A program made the translations under genes and the position numbers. The notes beneath the pieces are model-generated. The model saw only the letters and a program-made list of their open reading frames with translations, was not told where the DNA came from and searched no databases. Positions 33,574-33,671 of a stretch of 33,671 nucleotides of DNA are shown here, piece by piece; within the stretch, counting starts at the first letter, position 1, and each line of letters opens with the position of its first letter. This DNA comes from a virus: the IMG/VR virus record IMGVR_UViG_3300017739_000046. One strand, written 5' to 3'.

Positions 33574-33671
33574 ATAAATAAAGGAATGTAATATGGCAAA
33601 TGGTGATTTAACTAAAGAAATAGAATATGACAAAATAGAAGTTGTACAAACATGGAGTATACAAGTTCGCA
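33549..33671. repeat. Terminal direct repeat, copy 2. It includes a duplicated 5' fragment (33593..33671) of the 45..359 gene.
   Basis: Identical to 1..123 by direct reading. Confidence 0.9.

Noticed and set aside
1-33671. tRNA or tmRNA genes, or a tRNA-derived attP
   Set aside because: I scanned the intergenic regions (2337-2821, 3702-3947, 7154-7238, 9071-9402, 11459-11629, 18716-18964, 20106-20179) for T-arm GGTTCRANYC-type motifs with acceptor stems and found none. The only TTCGAA hits are inside coding sequence. A tRNAscan run would be definitive.

Overview
The window is one complete phage genome. Bases 1..123 are identical to 33549..33671, so the contig closes on itself with a unit length of about 33,548 bp. 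The genome is AT-rich, tightly packed and podovirus-like, with T7-type morphogenesis genes: gp8-like portal, scaffold, major capsid, gp11/gp12-like tail tubular proteins, three or four large internal virion proteins, and a fibre with a gp17-like N-terminus. I found no RNA polymerase, DNA polymerase, primase or helicase. Transcription is split into two arms. A 4.4-kb leftward arm (4859..9296) encodes a 56-aa ORF, a small serine recombinase, a MarR-like wHTH protein, two unknowns, a YqaJ/lambda-Exo-like nuclease, a RecT/Redbeta annealase and a LexA DNA-binding-domain-only protein. A rightward arm of about 29 kb (9403 through the junction to 4862) encodes replication, packaging, head, tail, receptor-binding and lysis genes, mostly joined by ATGA/TAATG overlaps. 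The points most worth follow-up are listed here. (1) A DUF1064 gene and a DnaA-domain-IV gene share 193 nt in two frames, with an A7 slippery run at the domain boundary. (2) A lambda-like origin, with three 21-bp iterons exactly 33 bp apart plus an AT-rich tract, lies inside the putative initiator gene. (3) The phage carries isolated DNA-binding domains of two host master regulators, DnaA and LexA. (4) An array of duplicated small-gene plus fibre-gene cassettes spans the junction. (5) Five tiny, charged, translationally coupled ORFs lie between terminase and portal. (6) A GC-rich structured non-coding island precedes an orphan AT-rich gene. All homology statements come from hand alignment and memory of protein families, not from searches.
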